Shown here: positions 20,536 to 30,250 of the stretch, one piece after another
How the letters are laid out: each line of letters starts with the position of its first letter
Numbering within the stretch: position 1 is the stretch's first letter
Virus record (IMG/VR): IMGVR_UViG_3300035670_000172
Location: 4,403 to 68,402 of that record
Source: a virus
Direction: 5' to 3' (one strand)
Length of the DNA stretch: 64,000 nt
Translations under genes and position numbers: made by a program
The notes under the pieces: generated by a model
What the model saw: the letters and a program-made list of their open reading frames with translations, nothing else
The model's database searches: none
Told to the model about the DNA's origin: nothing

Positions 20536-21102
20536 ATGAGAATAAAATCTTCACCATTGCTTTACGCAATAGGTATTATATATGCATCATTAATATTTGG
20601 AATTAGTCATATCAATTCTGACGGTTCAGAAACAAAATACATTGATGCAACCCCTTACATAATTAATTCAACAGTTACTACACTAAGCGTAATTGAATCG
20701 TTTGCTGCTGTAGAAACAACTACAACTACTACAACAGTTTCATTACCTAAAGAAGTGCCAAGTGATCTTGATAAAAGATGCCCTGCATTTGAACATAAAT
20801 TTGCTGAGTATAATTTACCAGTAGAAACATTTTCATACATTGCTTGGCGAGAAAGTAGATGTAACCCTAAAGCTGTTAATGCAAAATGGGATGCAAAAGG
20901 TAATGTTATTTGGACATTAAATAAGAATGGTTCAATTGATAGAGGCTTGGTACAAATCAATAGTAGCTGGAAAACAGTGACTAAAAATGTTTGTGGAACA
21001 AAACTAAGCGGTCTGTTTAATATTGATTGCAATCTTAAGGTTGCAAAATATATTATGGACAATTCACAAGGTAAGTTATTAAACTGGAAAATAAGTAACT
21101 AG
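20536..21102 (+). CDS. membrane-anchored/secreted SLT-like lytic transglycosylase
   Basis: N-terminal hydrophobic segment, Thr linker, AWRESRC, DRGLVQIN, CNLKVA. Confidence 0.75.
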   Translation: MRIKSSPLLYAIGIIYASLIFGISHINSDGSETKYIDATPYIINSTVTTLSVIESFAAVETTTTTTTVSLPKEVPSDLDKRCPAFEHKFAEYNLPVETFSYIAWRESRCNPKAVNAKWDAKGNVIWTLNKNGSIDRGLVQINSSWKTVTKNVCGTKLSGLFNIDCNLKVAKYIMDNSQGKLLNWKISN

Positions 21103-21118
21103 AAGAAAGGAGTATCCG

Positions 21119-21592
21119 ATGGGATACTACACAAGAATAACAGAAGCAGATATCTTTGTATCAAAAGATGATTTTGAATATTGCTATGAAGCAATGTGCA
21201 AACTTAATGATAGAGATGACCTAAAAATTGGTGGTAGTTGGGGCGGTGGTAATAGTATATCCGCAGATAGCCCAAGACCTGAAGGAATGACTTATCATCC
21301 AGCTAAATGGTTTAGTTGGCTAGATGCTAATTATCCAGAAAAATGCAAAACTATGCAAGATATTCTTTTTGAGCTTGGTTTTGAAGATATCAAATTGGAT
21401 GAAGATGGTAATCTAATTAGTCTTTGGTATGACAATAAAACTGGCAGTGAAGATTTGTTTTTACAAGTAATTGCCCCGTATGTAAAAGCAGGTGGTTATA
21501 TTAATTGGCAAGGTGAAGATGGAAGTCATTACCAATATTCATTTAATGGTAAAGAAATGATAATGAAATCAGGAGTTATATCATGGGAGTAG
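21119..21592 (+). CDS. hypothetical protein
   Basis: MGYY start, WQGEDG motif; AAGGAG RBS. Confidence 0.75.
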   Translation: MGYYTRITEADIFVSKDDFEYCYEAMCKLNDRDDLKIGGSWGGGNSISADSPRPEGMTYHPAKWFSWLDANYPEKCKTMQDILFELGFEDIKLDEDGNLISLWYDNKTGSEDLFLQVIAPYVKAGGYINWQGEDGSHYQYSFNGKEMIMKSGVISWE

Positions 21593-21895
21593 ATACAGAA
21601 ATAACAGAAGCCGAGAGAAATCAAGGTTATGTTGATCATATCAATAGCAATCAAAAAGCTAAGTTCACATATGAACAGCTTAAAAGTATGGGTCTCCCAA
21701 CTTATATAAATGAAAAAGGTTATATAACCTGGGAGTAAAGTTTTAATACCAGAAGATACTTGGTTTTTTTGGTCATTAATTAAGTATTTGTGTGTTGTTC
21801 ATAAATACTCTGGTATTAAAAACAGGTTTGGTTAAAGCCTGGAAAATTCTATTTGTCTAGCATATGCAAAAGGCGAGTTTAACCAATATGCCTAT

Positions 21896-21969
21896 GTATC
21901 CGTAGCTCAATTGGATAGAGCAAAACACTTCTAATGTTTAGGTTATAGGTTCAAGTCCTATCGGATACG
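21896..21969 (+). tRNA. tRNA-Arg(UCU)
   Basis: GTATCCG/CGGATAC acceptor, TAGCTCAATTGGATAGAGC D-arm, AAACA-CTTCTAA-TGTTT anticodon arm, GGTTCAAGTCC T-arm. Confidence 0.92.
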
Positions 21970-21998
21970 CTAAGTTCTATAAAATATAGTGCTTAATT

Positions 21999-22162
21999 AA
22001 AAGTGGTATACAAGAGAATTAGGCTAAGGCTAACCCTTTCAGTCTAAGAGAAATATGCGATGTACTAATTTTTTAAGGTTTATTAGTAATCGTCAAAGTG
22101 TCGTGAAATTCATAGATAGCCGACTTAATGTTTCTTGCCTAATTCTCTTGTATACCACTTTT
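21999..22162 (+). ncRNA. candidate structured RNA closed by a perfect 26-bp inverted repeat
   Basis: AAAAGTGGTATACAAGAGAATTAGGC (21999-22024) pairs perfectly with 22137-22162; internal stems present; strand inferred from context. Confidence 0.5.
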
Positions 22163-22193
22163 TCTATATACAAAACAACGAAAGGAATAATAT

Positions 22194-22556
22194 ATGAGAT
22201 ATGCAATAATCACAGAAGAAAATACAATTGTAAGGCAAGATACCAAAGAAGAATTAACACTAGATAAACTGCAATATATGGTGGGAGGCTATATTGAGCG
22301 TGTAACTGTCAGTAAAGAAAACAGATTAGCTTTTTATATTAATGAAGAAGGTAAGTTCACACAAAGCAGTAATCTTATTGCAACTCAATTCTGGCTTGAT
22401 TGTCTAAAGAAAGATGGCTATGAATTGAAATCTTTTAATGATTATATTTCTGGTCCAGCTGTCCTTGTTAAGGAAGATAGGTATGGTAATCAAATTGATT
22501 TAACCGATGAAGATAATGAAGCCCTAATGTTAACTATGATTGGAATGATTAAATGA
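22194..22556 (+). CDS. DUF3846-like protein
   Basis: LQYMVGGYIE...NEEGK...N-x2-AT...ISGPAVL. Confidence 0.75.
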   Translation: MRYAIITEENTIVRQDTKEELTLDKLQYMVGGYIERVTVSKENRLAFYINEEGKFTQSSNLIATQFWLDCLKKDGYELKSFNDYISGPAVLVKEDRYGNQIDLTDEDNEALMLTMIGMIK

Positions 22557-22744
22557 ATCAAAAAAATGACTATGCAATTATACTTACAAAAGATGACAAC
22601 ATTGTGCAGATAAGAACATTGTATTCAACAATGGAAAAAGCCATTGAAGAAGCAAAGATTGTAAAAAATGTTGAATCAAATAAATTTGATGATGTAATGG
22701 TTTACAAAACAGTATCACACTACACACAGAAAGCAGGAAAATAA
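22553..22744 (+). CDS. hypothetical protein
   Basis: coupled ORF. Confidence 0.55.
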   Translation: MNQKNDYAIILTKDDNIVQIRTLYSTMEKAIEEAKIVKNVESNKFDDVMVYKTVSHYTQKAGK

Positions 22745-22745
22745 A

Positions 22746-23195
22746 ATGCCATTAAATTACGATATATCAGATATTGCAATGTACAAAGATAACTTTGACG
22801 AAGCTTATACAGAATACAAGCAGTTTGGTGATACTTATAAGGATGTAAAGCCATTCCTTAAAGGTTTGATTTTTGCTGGAGGTATGGTTGCACTTGGTTC
22901 AATCAATTACAAAAATGTAAGTGAATGGTATGCAAGATTGAAATTATGTGAAGAAATGTACAGCACATATCTTACAACTGAATATGTTGAAGAAGAAGAT
23001 ACTTACAAAGAAAAGCCATTGGATGCAAAAGAATTGGTTAAGTATATTGGTTTGCATACAAATCATTCAACCATTACTAGAGGTCAATGGATTAAGAATG
23101 TACAGCGTAATCAGTCAGTTAAGTTTACAGCTACACAAATGCAATATCGTTTGAAGAAACTAGAAGAGCAATTTTTGAAAGAGGTATTCGCATGA
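22746..23195 (+). CDS. hypothetical protein
   Basis: AGGA RBS. Confidence 0.7.
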   Translation: MPLNYDISDIAMYKDNFDEAYTEYKQFGDTYKDVKPFLKGLIFAGGMVALGSINYKNVSEWYARLKLCEEMYSTYLTTEYVEEEDTYKEKPLDAKELVKYIGLHTNHSTITRGQWIKNVQRNQSVKFTATQMQYRLKKLEEQFLKEVFA

Positions 23196-23509
23196 GTATC
23201 AAACCAAGTCAAGCAATTATGTATCCAAGAGTTTCTAATTGGTATGAAACAAATGTTGTTGAATACCGAGAGAATACACCTTTTGATAAATGGTACATTG
23301 AAGTTGTTTATTTTGAAGCAGATGCGGAGTATTCATATGGTTCAGATAAAAAACAAATCATGGGTGGTGGATATCAAAGAGTTGAAATTACTGACAAACT
23401 AAATGGTAATTTCTGGGAAGAAGCATTTCTTGGAGAAACTGCTATAAGTGATGCTGAAAGATGGGCTAATGATATTGTTACAAAAATCAAATATGGAAAG
23501 GTTAAGTGA
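23192..23509 (+). CDS. hypothetical protein
   Basis: GAGGT RBS, ATGA overlap. Confidence 0.7.
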   Translation: MSIKPSQAIMYPRVSNWYETNVVEYRENTPFDKWYIEVVYFEADAEYSYGSDKKQIMGGGYQRVEITDKLNGNFWEEAFLGETAISDAERWANDIVTKIKYGKVK

Positions 23510-23895
23510 TGGTACTTCTAAACTTAGAAACAGACTATGATGTATTTAACTATGTTAAAGAACATCTTTTAAAACAGAATGAGAAATCATTAGACCCTTG
23601 GTCATTATCTTGTTATTATCGTTCGCAAAAAGAAGACGGTAAAGTATTGATGTGTGCTGTTGGTTGTCTAATGGATGATAGATTCTATTTAGAAGAATTT
23701 GAAAATAGTTCACCAAGTGATGCAAGAGTTAGACAAGCAATTGAAAGTTCAATTAATAATTGGACTTACAATGTAAGTTTACTTAGCGAATTGCAAAATA
23801 TTCATGATGAGTATGAGCCAGATAATTGGTCTTTGAAATTAGAATACCTTGAAAGTTATTTCAATGAAGACAATGAATATATACAGGCAGGTTAA
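23506..23895 (+). CDS. hypothetical protein, paralog of 27161-27748
   Basis: CYYR...CAVGCLM...LQNIHD. Confidence 0.7.
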   Translation: MMVLLNLETDYDVFNYVKEHLLKQNEKSLDPWSLSCYYRSQKEDGKVLMCAVGCLMDDRFYLEEFENSSPSDARVRQAIESSINNWTYNVSLLSELQNIHDEYEPDNWSLKLEYLESYFNEDNEYIQAG

Positions 23896-23897
23896 TT

Positions 23898-24200
23898 ATG
23901 GGATTAATATATAACTATATCCTGGGTTATGATACAGAAGATAATACATGGTTTCATAATGTTGATGCTGAATCTGATTTTATGGAAGGTAAAACAGTAT
24001 TCAATAACAAGTATGAAGAATATATATCTGAATATCAAGGTGATGGAATCTATCTAACAGATGCTGAAAGATTGATTGAATCATTCAATGAAGCTGTAGA
24101 AACTCTAAACAAAAAAGAAGTGGAAGCAGTTGCGAAAAAACTGATTGCATTTCATGAAGCGGTTGAAAGGATACATAGTGAGCGCAATAACGACATTTGA
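23898..24200 (+). CDS. hypothetical protein
   Basis: ORF in block. Confidence 0.65.
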   Translation: MGLIYNYILGYDTEDNTWFHNVDAESDFMEGKTVFNNKYEEYISEYQGDGIYLTDAERLIESFNEAVETLNKKEVEAVAKKLIAFHEAVERIHSERNNDI

Positions 24201-24621
24201 AACAAAGTTTGACTTTACAGAAGATACATCTTCACCTGAATTTTATTGTTTAGGTAAAACATCAAACCTAGTAATGACTGTTAGCAATGTTGATCTTAAA
24301 GATAAATTCATTGCTATCTATTGTGATGGGGATATGTTACTTGAATATAATGGTGAAACAATAAGAGATTGCTATGAATTGGTAGACAGCGGTATTACTA
24401 ATGATAGTGATCTATCAGAAATCTTTGATGGGACTGAACCTGGTTCACAAGTAATTATGAATCCTTGGTTTGATCTTTATGATCAAGATGGTGAGCATTT
24501 AGATATGATTTTTCATGATATCTATCTTGCTATGGAAGAAGCAAAGACTATTCTTTTTAAAATGCAAAGAGAAGAATATGATAGATTACACAACACAACA
24601 AAGGAGTTGGGCAATGACTAG
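24178..24621 (+). CDS. hypothetical protein
   Basis: AAAGGA RBS before GTG 24178. Confidence 0.65.
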   Translation: MSAITTFETKFDFTEDTSSPEFYCLGKTSNLVMTVSNVDLKDKFIAIYCDGDMLLEYNGETIRDCYELVDSGITNDSDLSEIFDGTEPGSQVIMNPWFDLYDQDGEHLDMIFHDIYLAMEEAKTILFKMQREEYDRLHNTTKELGND

Positions 24622-24850
24622 AACTAGATTTAGTTATAATGATGTAAACCTATCTTGGGAAACTAAGTTAGAAAACTATGGTGATTACAAAGATCTATCT
24701 CTTATTCATGCTCGTCATGCAAAAGAATTAATGATCAGTGTTGAATTTGATCCTAAATTAATTCCTACAATTACTGACCCAGCATTGACTGAAGCATTAA
24801 TTCATGCACAATTATCAACAACATATGCGATATTAAATGAAGGAAAGTGA
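24614..24850 (+). CDS. hypothetical protein
   Basis: AAGGAG RBS before ATG 24614. Confidence 0.65.
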   Translation: MTRTRFSYNDVNLSWETKLENYGDYKDLSLIHARHAKELMISVEFDPKLIPTITDPALTEALIHAQLSTTYAILNEGK

Positions 24851-25056
24851 TGAATGAATATACAGCAATAATCGTATTTCCTTTTCATAGTGTTTCAATT
24901 AACCGTTGGAGAACTGAAGCGGTAGGTATTGAAGCACTTGAAGAAGAAGCAATAGAGAAAATGTTTGAATTAATTCCAGACATTTCACAATATCAAAAAG
25001 ATCTTTTAGTAGGTCAAATTATAGATATATCGGTAGAGCTATATGAGGAATACTAA
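24847..25056 (+). CDS. hypothetical protein
   Basis: coupled ORF. Confidence 0.6.
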   Translation: MMNEYTAIIVFPFHSVSINRWRTEAVGIEALEEEAIEKMFELIPDISQYQKDLLVGQIIDISVELYEEY

Positions 25057-25309
25057 TATGGGCGGAAACATTAGACACGGAGATATCCACAGAAAAGAAC
25101 ATCACTTTATTGTAAAGGGATGGATTGATAAAGAAGACAAGATTAACTTTGATTTAGATCTTGAAAATGTTGAAGTGTTTTATCCAACCCCAGTTTTTAA
25201 TATGGGAACTGGTGAATGGATAAAGCTAGAAGATGGCAAAATTATGGAAGAAGATACAAAGATATTACAAAATCTACAAGAAAGGTTGAGTATCAATAAT
25301 GGCAAGTAA
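25043..25309 (+). CDS. hypothetical protein
   Basis: ORF in block. Confidence 0.6.
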   Translation: MRNTNMGGNIRHGDIHRKEHHFIVKGWIDKEDKINFDLDLENVEVFYPTPVFNMGTGEWIKLEDGKIMEEDTKILQNLQERLSINNGK

Positions 25310-25616
25310 AAAAATAGCAAGAACAGATAAGCGCTCAGATAAAGAAATTGCAATTCAAGGAGCTATGAATTCTAATTATAGTCTTTTGATGCCTTGTGTG
25401 GATCAAAAGTTTGTCTATGTTAGAAACCCATTAACAAATGAAACAAAACATTTTCAAACAGACAAACCAGAATTTGTTGCTTACATTAAAGAGCTAGCAG
25501 AGCTTGGTTTGAATGACAAATTAGAAAGTGATTTCCTTGATTTGGGTGCCAATAATAATGAAGGTTGGTTAAAGGTGCTTGATTTCTTAAGAGTAGAGAA
25601 AGCTTTGATGTTTTAA
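25299..25616 (+). CDS. hypothetical protein
   Basis: ORF in block. Confidence 0.65.
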   Translation: MASKKIARTDKRSDKEIAIQGAMNSNYSLLMPCVDQKFVYVRNPLTNETKHFQTDKPEFVAYIKELAELGLNDKLESDFLDLGANNNEGWLKVLDFLRVEKALMF

Positions 25617-25617
25617 T

Positions 25618-25860
25618 ATGACAACAGTAAAACAAGCAATAAGAATGCTCAATGATTATTTAGACCAAGATGAAGAAATTTGTATTGCATGGTGGGCTAA
25701 GGAATTATTTGAAGGCGCATATGACAAAGATATAAAAGAAGAAGTTTGGAAAACTGTTGTATCAGATTTTGATGATATGACTGTACATCACCAAGCTTTA
25801 ATATATAACCAAATAGTACAAGAAATAACTGAAAACAAAGGATGGGTGGGTAATGAATAA
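25618..25860 (+). CDS. hypothetical protein
   Basis: ORF in block. Confidence 0.65.
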   Translation: MTTVKQAIRMLNDYLDQDEEICIAWWAKELFEGAYDKDIKEEVWKTVVSDFDDMTVHHQALIYNQIVQEITENKGWVGNE

Positions 25861-26476
25861 AGAAAATATGCAAAAGTTAATTGATGCCATTAAGTTTGAC
25901 GGACAAAAGAAGTTTAATATGTCCGCTTTCATTGGTAAACTTAATCAAGATATACATGAACAATGGGTATTTGAAGATGAAGAATTAGCAAGTAAGTATC
26001 CAGCATCAAGAGTTCTTCGTATTGAAGAAGGTACGGATATTTTCAATTGTACATCAATGGGTTGTATTGCAGGATTTGCTACAGCATTAGCAAATAATTG
26101 GAAAGCACCTAGTTGGTTAGCAGTAGATAATCATAGTGTGCAAGTTTCAAATTTTGAAGATACATCAAATGAATTTTTAGGCTTTACATATGAAGAAGGA
26201 AGAAATCTTTATTTTGGTGATGGTAAAAGCATCTGGAAATGGCTAATGGAAAATGAGCCTGAAAGATATGAATTGGAAGTGGAAGATTACGGCTCAATGG
26301 ATAATGCCAATGAAGAAGGTATTGCATGGTGGGAAGATGAACTTACAATTGATTTTACTACCATTGATTATCTAACAGCAATTGATGTATTGACAAGAAT
26401 TATGAACGGTGAAATTGGATTAGCTGGTATTGATAATGAGCCATACTATATTAAAAAGGAAGAAGTAGTATCATGA
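25853..26476 (+). CDS. hypothetical protein
   Basis: FNMS...CTSMGCIAGFA motif. Confidence 0.7.
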   Translation: MNKENMQKLIDAIKFDGQKKFNMSAFIGKLNQDIHEQWVFEDEELASKYPASRVLRIEEGTDIFNCTSMGCIAGFATALANNWKAPSWLAVDNHSVQVSNFEDTSNEFLGFTYEEGRNLYFGDGKSIWKWLMENEPERYELEVEDYGSMDNANEEGIAWWEDELTIDFTTIDYLTAIDVLTRIMNGEIGLAGIDNEPYYIKKEEVVS

Positions 26477-26676
26477 AAAATAAATACCCAGCATATTGGA
26501 GAAATATGGTAAAGGATGCACTTGGATGTGATGATGATTATGCTGAAATTCTTTTAGATTTTCAACATACTGTATCTAACGGCATAGATTCATCTGAAGC
26601 TACAAATGCAGAATTAAAGAAATACTGGAGATATATCCATCAAGAATATCAATCCAGAGAAAAAGAGGGAGAATGA
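26473..26676 (+). CDS. hypothetical protein
   Basis: coupled ORF. Confidence 0.6.
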   Translation: MKNKYPAYWRNMVKDALGCDDDYAEILLDFQHTVSNGIDSSEATNAELKKYWRYIHQEYQSREKEGE

Positions 26677-26786
26677 CATGGGATTGGATAATTTATTTAT
26701 CACTATTTACACTGTAGGAATTACCTTTATTGTTGTAATTAATTACAAAATTAGAAAAGCCCAAAAAAGAAAAGGAGTTTGGAGAA

Positions 26787-27119
26787 ATGACTGAAGTAAA
26801 AAAGAAAGCTGTTAATCGTGAGTGGTCAAAAGCAAAAAGCAGCCCAGAACTTACAAAAGCTTATAACCAAAAGAGGAGGGAAAGGCAGAAAGCTCGTGTG
26901 ACCGTTGCTCTTGATGAAATTGGTATTGATCATAATAAAATTGGTACAAACATTTGTGCAAGTAAAACTTGCACCACTGTATTGAGTAGATATAACCCAA
27001 ACTATCTATGTGCCAAGCACGAAGGAAAAGTCAATACCTCTGGTATTGAAGATTATCTAAGAAAGAACCATTCAGTTTCTATTCTTAATAAGCAACTGCC
27101 AAAGCTAGAACTAGTTTAA
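26787..27119 (+). CDS. zinc-finger protein related to the C-terminus of 2919-3227
   Basis: CASKTCTTVLSRYNPNYLCAKH. Confidence 0.65.
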   Translation: MTEVKKKAVNREWSKAKSSPELTKAYNQKRRERQKARVTVALDEIGIDHNKIGTNICASKTCTTVLSRYNPNYLCAKHEGKVNTSGIEDYLRKNHSVSILNKQLPKLELV

Positions 27120-27160
27120 AAACGATTACAGACCCTTACAAAGCCAAATGGAGGCTAATT

Positions 27161-27748
27161 ATGGTAACAGATAAAGATATCCTTTTGAAGATTAAAGAAA
27201 AGCTGATCGCACAAGGTAAGCCTGCTTATAGGATGTACCAAAGCGAATGGACAGATGAATTAGAAGAAGAAATAGGAAGCTGTGCATATTTTAATCAGGC
27301 TGGTGATAGATGTGCAGTAGGTCACATTATTGATCCCGCTTATTATGATTATGGACTTGAAGATAGACCAGTTACTAACAGTGAAATTATTGATGTTGTT
27401 GCCCAGTCTAATCCTGATTGGAAAATGGATGTAAAAAGTGTTTTGATGCTAGGTATAGCACAAAAAGTCCATGATGCTAATTTTGATTACCTGGCTGAAA
27501 TATTCACAGTAATGGAAAAATACTTTGATGAGAACGGTAGTTTTGACCTTATTGAATACAAGCAAGAATACGGTAACTGGTTCATAAAAGAAGAACTTTG
27601 TCCAAAACTTGAAGAGTTACAGTCAAATGTAATGAAAGACTTTTTAACTAATATGGATGTAAGAGCTGCATTGAGAGAAGAAAGTAATCACTTTATTGCA
27701 GGTGATTACTATAACTCATTTATCAAAATAATGGAAGCTTTAGTATAA
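27161..27748 (+). CDS. hypothetical protein, paralog of 23506-23895
   Basis: CAYF...RCAVGHII...QKVHD. Confidence 0.7.
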   Translation: MVTDKDILLKIKEKLIAQGKPAYRMYQSEWTDELEEEIGSCAYFNQAGDRCAVGHIIDPAYYDYGLEDRPVTNSEIIDVVAQSNPDWKMDVKSVLMLGIAQKVHDANFDYLAEIFTVMEKYFDENGSFDLIEYKQEYGNWFIKEELCPKLEELQSNVMKDFLTNMDVRAALREESNHFIAGDYYNSFIKIMEALV

Positions 27749-28199
27749 TTAATAGACCTAATATAAACCACAAATAATACTAAGGATAAAAACATGAAAT
27801 ATCAAGAGAATGCACACAGAATGGCAAAAGTTAAAATTGATGCAGTCAAGGCATTACAGGATCCTGAAACAGGTAAATTGTTTTATGATATTTGCTTTGA
27901 ATGTGACAAAATGTTAGATGAAGAAGAGTTTGCTTATGGACATGATTGTGAGGGATAGATGGTTCTATTTATAATTTTAGCGCTTGGGATTGGACTAGCC
28001 GTAAACCTTTATGCAAAGAAATCGGTTGATAAATACGATCAGCATAAAGGATACGGTGCCCAATGGGATCAGGAAAGGTATTGGAATAAGTAATGTACCA
28101 AACATTAATAGTGGGTTGGACTATTGTTTATAGCCTTTTCTTTGGCATTGGATTAGCCCTTTATATTTATAATAAAAAGCGGGAAGGTGACGAAAAATA

Positions 28200-28406
28200 A
28201 TGACTAACCAGATAGATGAAATGCAAAAGGAATTGACTCTTCTAGCCTTAGAGATACAAGAAATTGAATTTAAAATGGAAGAGCTATCTAAAGATTACGG
28301 GCAAAATAAAGGAATGCTCGCTTTCTTTGATGAAGTGGCAAATAGGAAAACAAAGAGGTTTTTAGACCTCAAGATTAAGATAGAGAGGATGGGGAGTAAT
28401 GTCTAA
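28200..28406 (+). CDS. hypothetical coiled-coil protein
   Basis: ORF in block. Confidence 0.6.
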   Translation: MTNQIDEMQKELTLLALEIQEIEFKMEELSKDYGQNKGMLAFFDEVANRKTKRFLDLKIKIERMGSNV

Positions 28407-28830
28407 CGAAAACAATGATCATGAAGATGACTTTAATGATTCTTGGATGGAGGTGTTTGCTTTAAGAATAGGCACAGACAATATCCTAGACTTCTTAGAG
28501 AGAATAAAGCCTGAGTTTGATGATATCAATAGGATAGCTGAAATAGAAATGTCTCTGATCTCCCTAAAGCAAATGAAGGGCTATTTTAAAAGAAAGGCGG
28601 ATGAGATTGATAATATCTTAGATAATCATCCAGCCTGGGGAAATAGTATAAAAGCGGGGGATAAGGAAGAATATCCTACAGGGTTCAATATGCCTATAGA
28701 TATGCATTCAGGATATCCTCATACACATAGTACAGCAGAATGGAAACCAGATCTTGATTTGGTAACTAATGAATCAGATATGATTAAAGATAATATCATT
28801 CCATTTAGATTTAAAGATAATAATAACTAA
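28399..28830 (+). CDS. hypothetical protein
   Basis: last ORF of the + strand block. Confidence 0.65.
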   Translation: MSNENNDHEDDFNDSWMEVFALRIGTDNILDFLERIKPEFDDINRIAEIEMSLISLKQMKGYFKRKADEIDNILDNHPAWGNSIKAGDKEEYPTGFNMPIDMHSGYPHTHSTAEWKPDLDLVTNESDMIKDNIIPFRFKDNNN

Positions 28831-29350
28831 TTTGAATTGATAGAAGAAATAGGCAAAAAACTGCTAGCGTGTGAGTGGAGTGAGCTCTAATATATCTCTA
28901 ATATATTCAATAAGACTCCAGTTCATATCATGGTCATATCATGTATATATTAATAATATGTAATTGATATATCACATACAGGCAAAGGAAAAGCTCGGAA
29001 ATAGGCATAAATATAGCTTATTTTCGGGCTTTTTTTTGTCTAAAAACAGGTAATAAAAGCAAAAAAATAAGCAAAAACATAGCTAAATGCTACTAAAACA
29101 GTCAAGAATTGGGTAAAAAAAGCTCAGAATTTGAGAACGCATATATACCCCTATAGTAAATACCTATATATCTTCCTCTAGAGGATATTAGATACATAAA
29201 TATAAATTAACATCCCCCTTTTTATAGGGCTTTATGTAGATTCTAATATCGTTCCATTAATCGTAGAAATTGAGTGTGCATTTCTGGCGGCTTAAACAGT
29301 TTGATATATGCACTAGTAGATGTATTGATTACATCGGTGTAATTCCCCAG

Positions 29351-29393
29351 CTTTGATACAACCTTTGATGCAGGCTTTGATCGCCCCTATGAT
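29351..29393. repeat. 12-bp-period array CTTTGAT x3 + CTATGAT
   Basis: copies at 29351, 29363, 29375, 29387. Confidence 0.6.
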
Positions 29394-29641
29394 CCGCCTA
29401 AAAAAATTTGTCCTCGGTGCAAAGATAAAAGAAAAAGCAAAACAAAATACAATTTAGGAACTAATTGTATAAAGTAACATCATAATTTGAGAATGTATTA
29501 AAAGCAAAAGAAAAATTAAAAGAAAAACGGCGGGTGTACAAATGAATGTTCCACATTGATTTGGAACACCCGCCCGATATAAGAATTTGAGTTGTGATTA
29601 GAAATGTATATTAAATTAGAATAAGGAAGGATACAAGCATA

Positions 29642-29682
29642 GCTGGTGCTCACGGTGCGCCTAGCACTAAGTGAGCACCAGC
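29642..29682 (+). repeat. bulged hairpin element, opposite orientation (F1)
   Basis: GCTGGTGCTCAC-GGTGC-GCCTA-GCACT-AA-GTGAGCACCAGC. Confidence 0.85.
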
Positions 29683-29686
29683 GAAT

Positions 29687-29715
29687 AAAAGCCCCCAGCG
29701 AGTGCTGGGGGCTTT
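29687..29715 (-). terminator. cassette 1 terminator
   Basis: GCCCCCAGC/GCTGGGGGC stem with A-tract on the left. Confidence 0.8.
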
Positions 29716-29735
29716 CGTACTCAATGCGTATGCAA

Positions 29736-30044
29736 TTACTTGCGATTACGCTTTTTCTTTTGCACCTTTAATGCAACAAGCATTTCACCATCCTCTGTCC
29801 AAAAAATTGACACATCACGCTGTGCAATTTCTGCGCATTTGGCGACACGATTACGCCATGTGTTCTTGTGGTTCACATAGTCATCATCGGATGGTGTGCC
29901 CTGTGCCTTGTCAATTCTCACAGCGTCACCATCAATGCTTGCATCAAGCGACAGGATATCGGCAACAATTTCATCATCATGAAACGCCTCACGCCCACGC
30001 TTGACCAAATTGGTCACTTGATTAAGGTTTATCTTTTGGCTCAT
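29736..30044 (-). CDS. cassette 1: KRGR-motif basic protein, paralog A (102 aa)
   Basis: GAGGG RBS, MSQKINLNQVTNLVKRGRE...KKKRNRK. Confidence 0.85.
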   Translation of the reverse strand: MSQKINLNQVTNLVKRGREAFHDDEIVADILSLDASIDGDAVRIDKAQGTPSDDDYVNHKNTWRNRVAKCAEIAQRDVSIFWTEDGEMLVALKVQKKKRNRK

Positions 30045-30092
30045 TGTTATTCCCTCTGTCAAGGTGGTTAGGAATTGTCCTTGACATCAATT

Positions 30093-30195
30093 ACTTTATC
30101 ATATGCGGAGAATATGTGTATTCAATTTAAGAGAGACCTGATCCCCTTATGGCGGTTGTGCAACTTGATGCTAAGCGCACCGTTGCACCACCGCC
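30093..30195 (-). promoter_or_regulatory. cassette 1 promoter + upstream hairpin
   Basis: TGCGCTTAGCA-N43-TTGAAT-N21-TAAAGT. Confidence 0.8.
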
Positions 30196-30250
30196 GACCA
30201 TGTGAGTTGAGAATGTGTATTAAAAACATCTATACCTGGACTCCCAAAAA

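Noticed and set aside
22025-22136. Hammerhead ribozyme
   Set aside because: No CUGANGA core found despite a GAAA and several stems.
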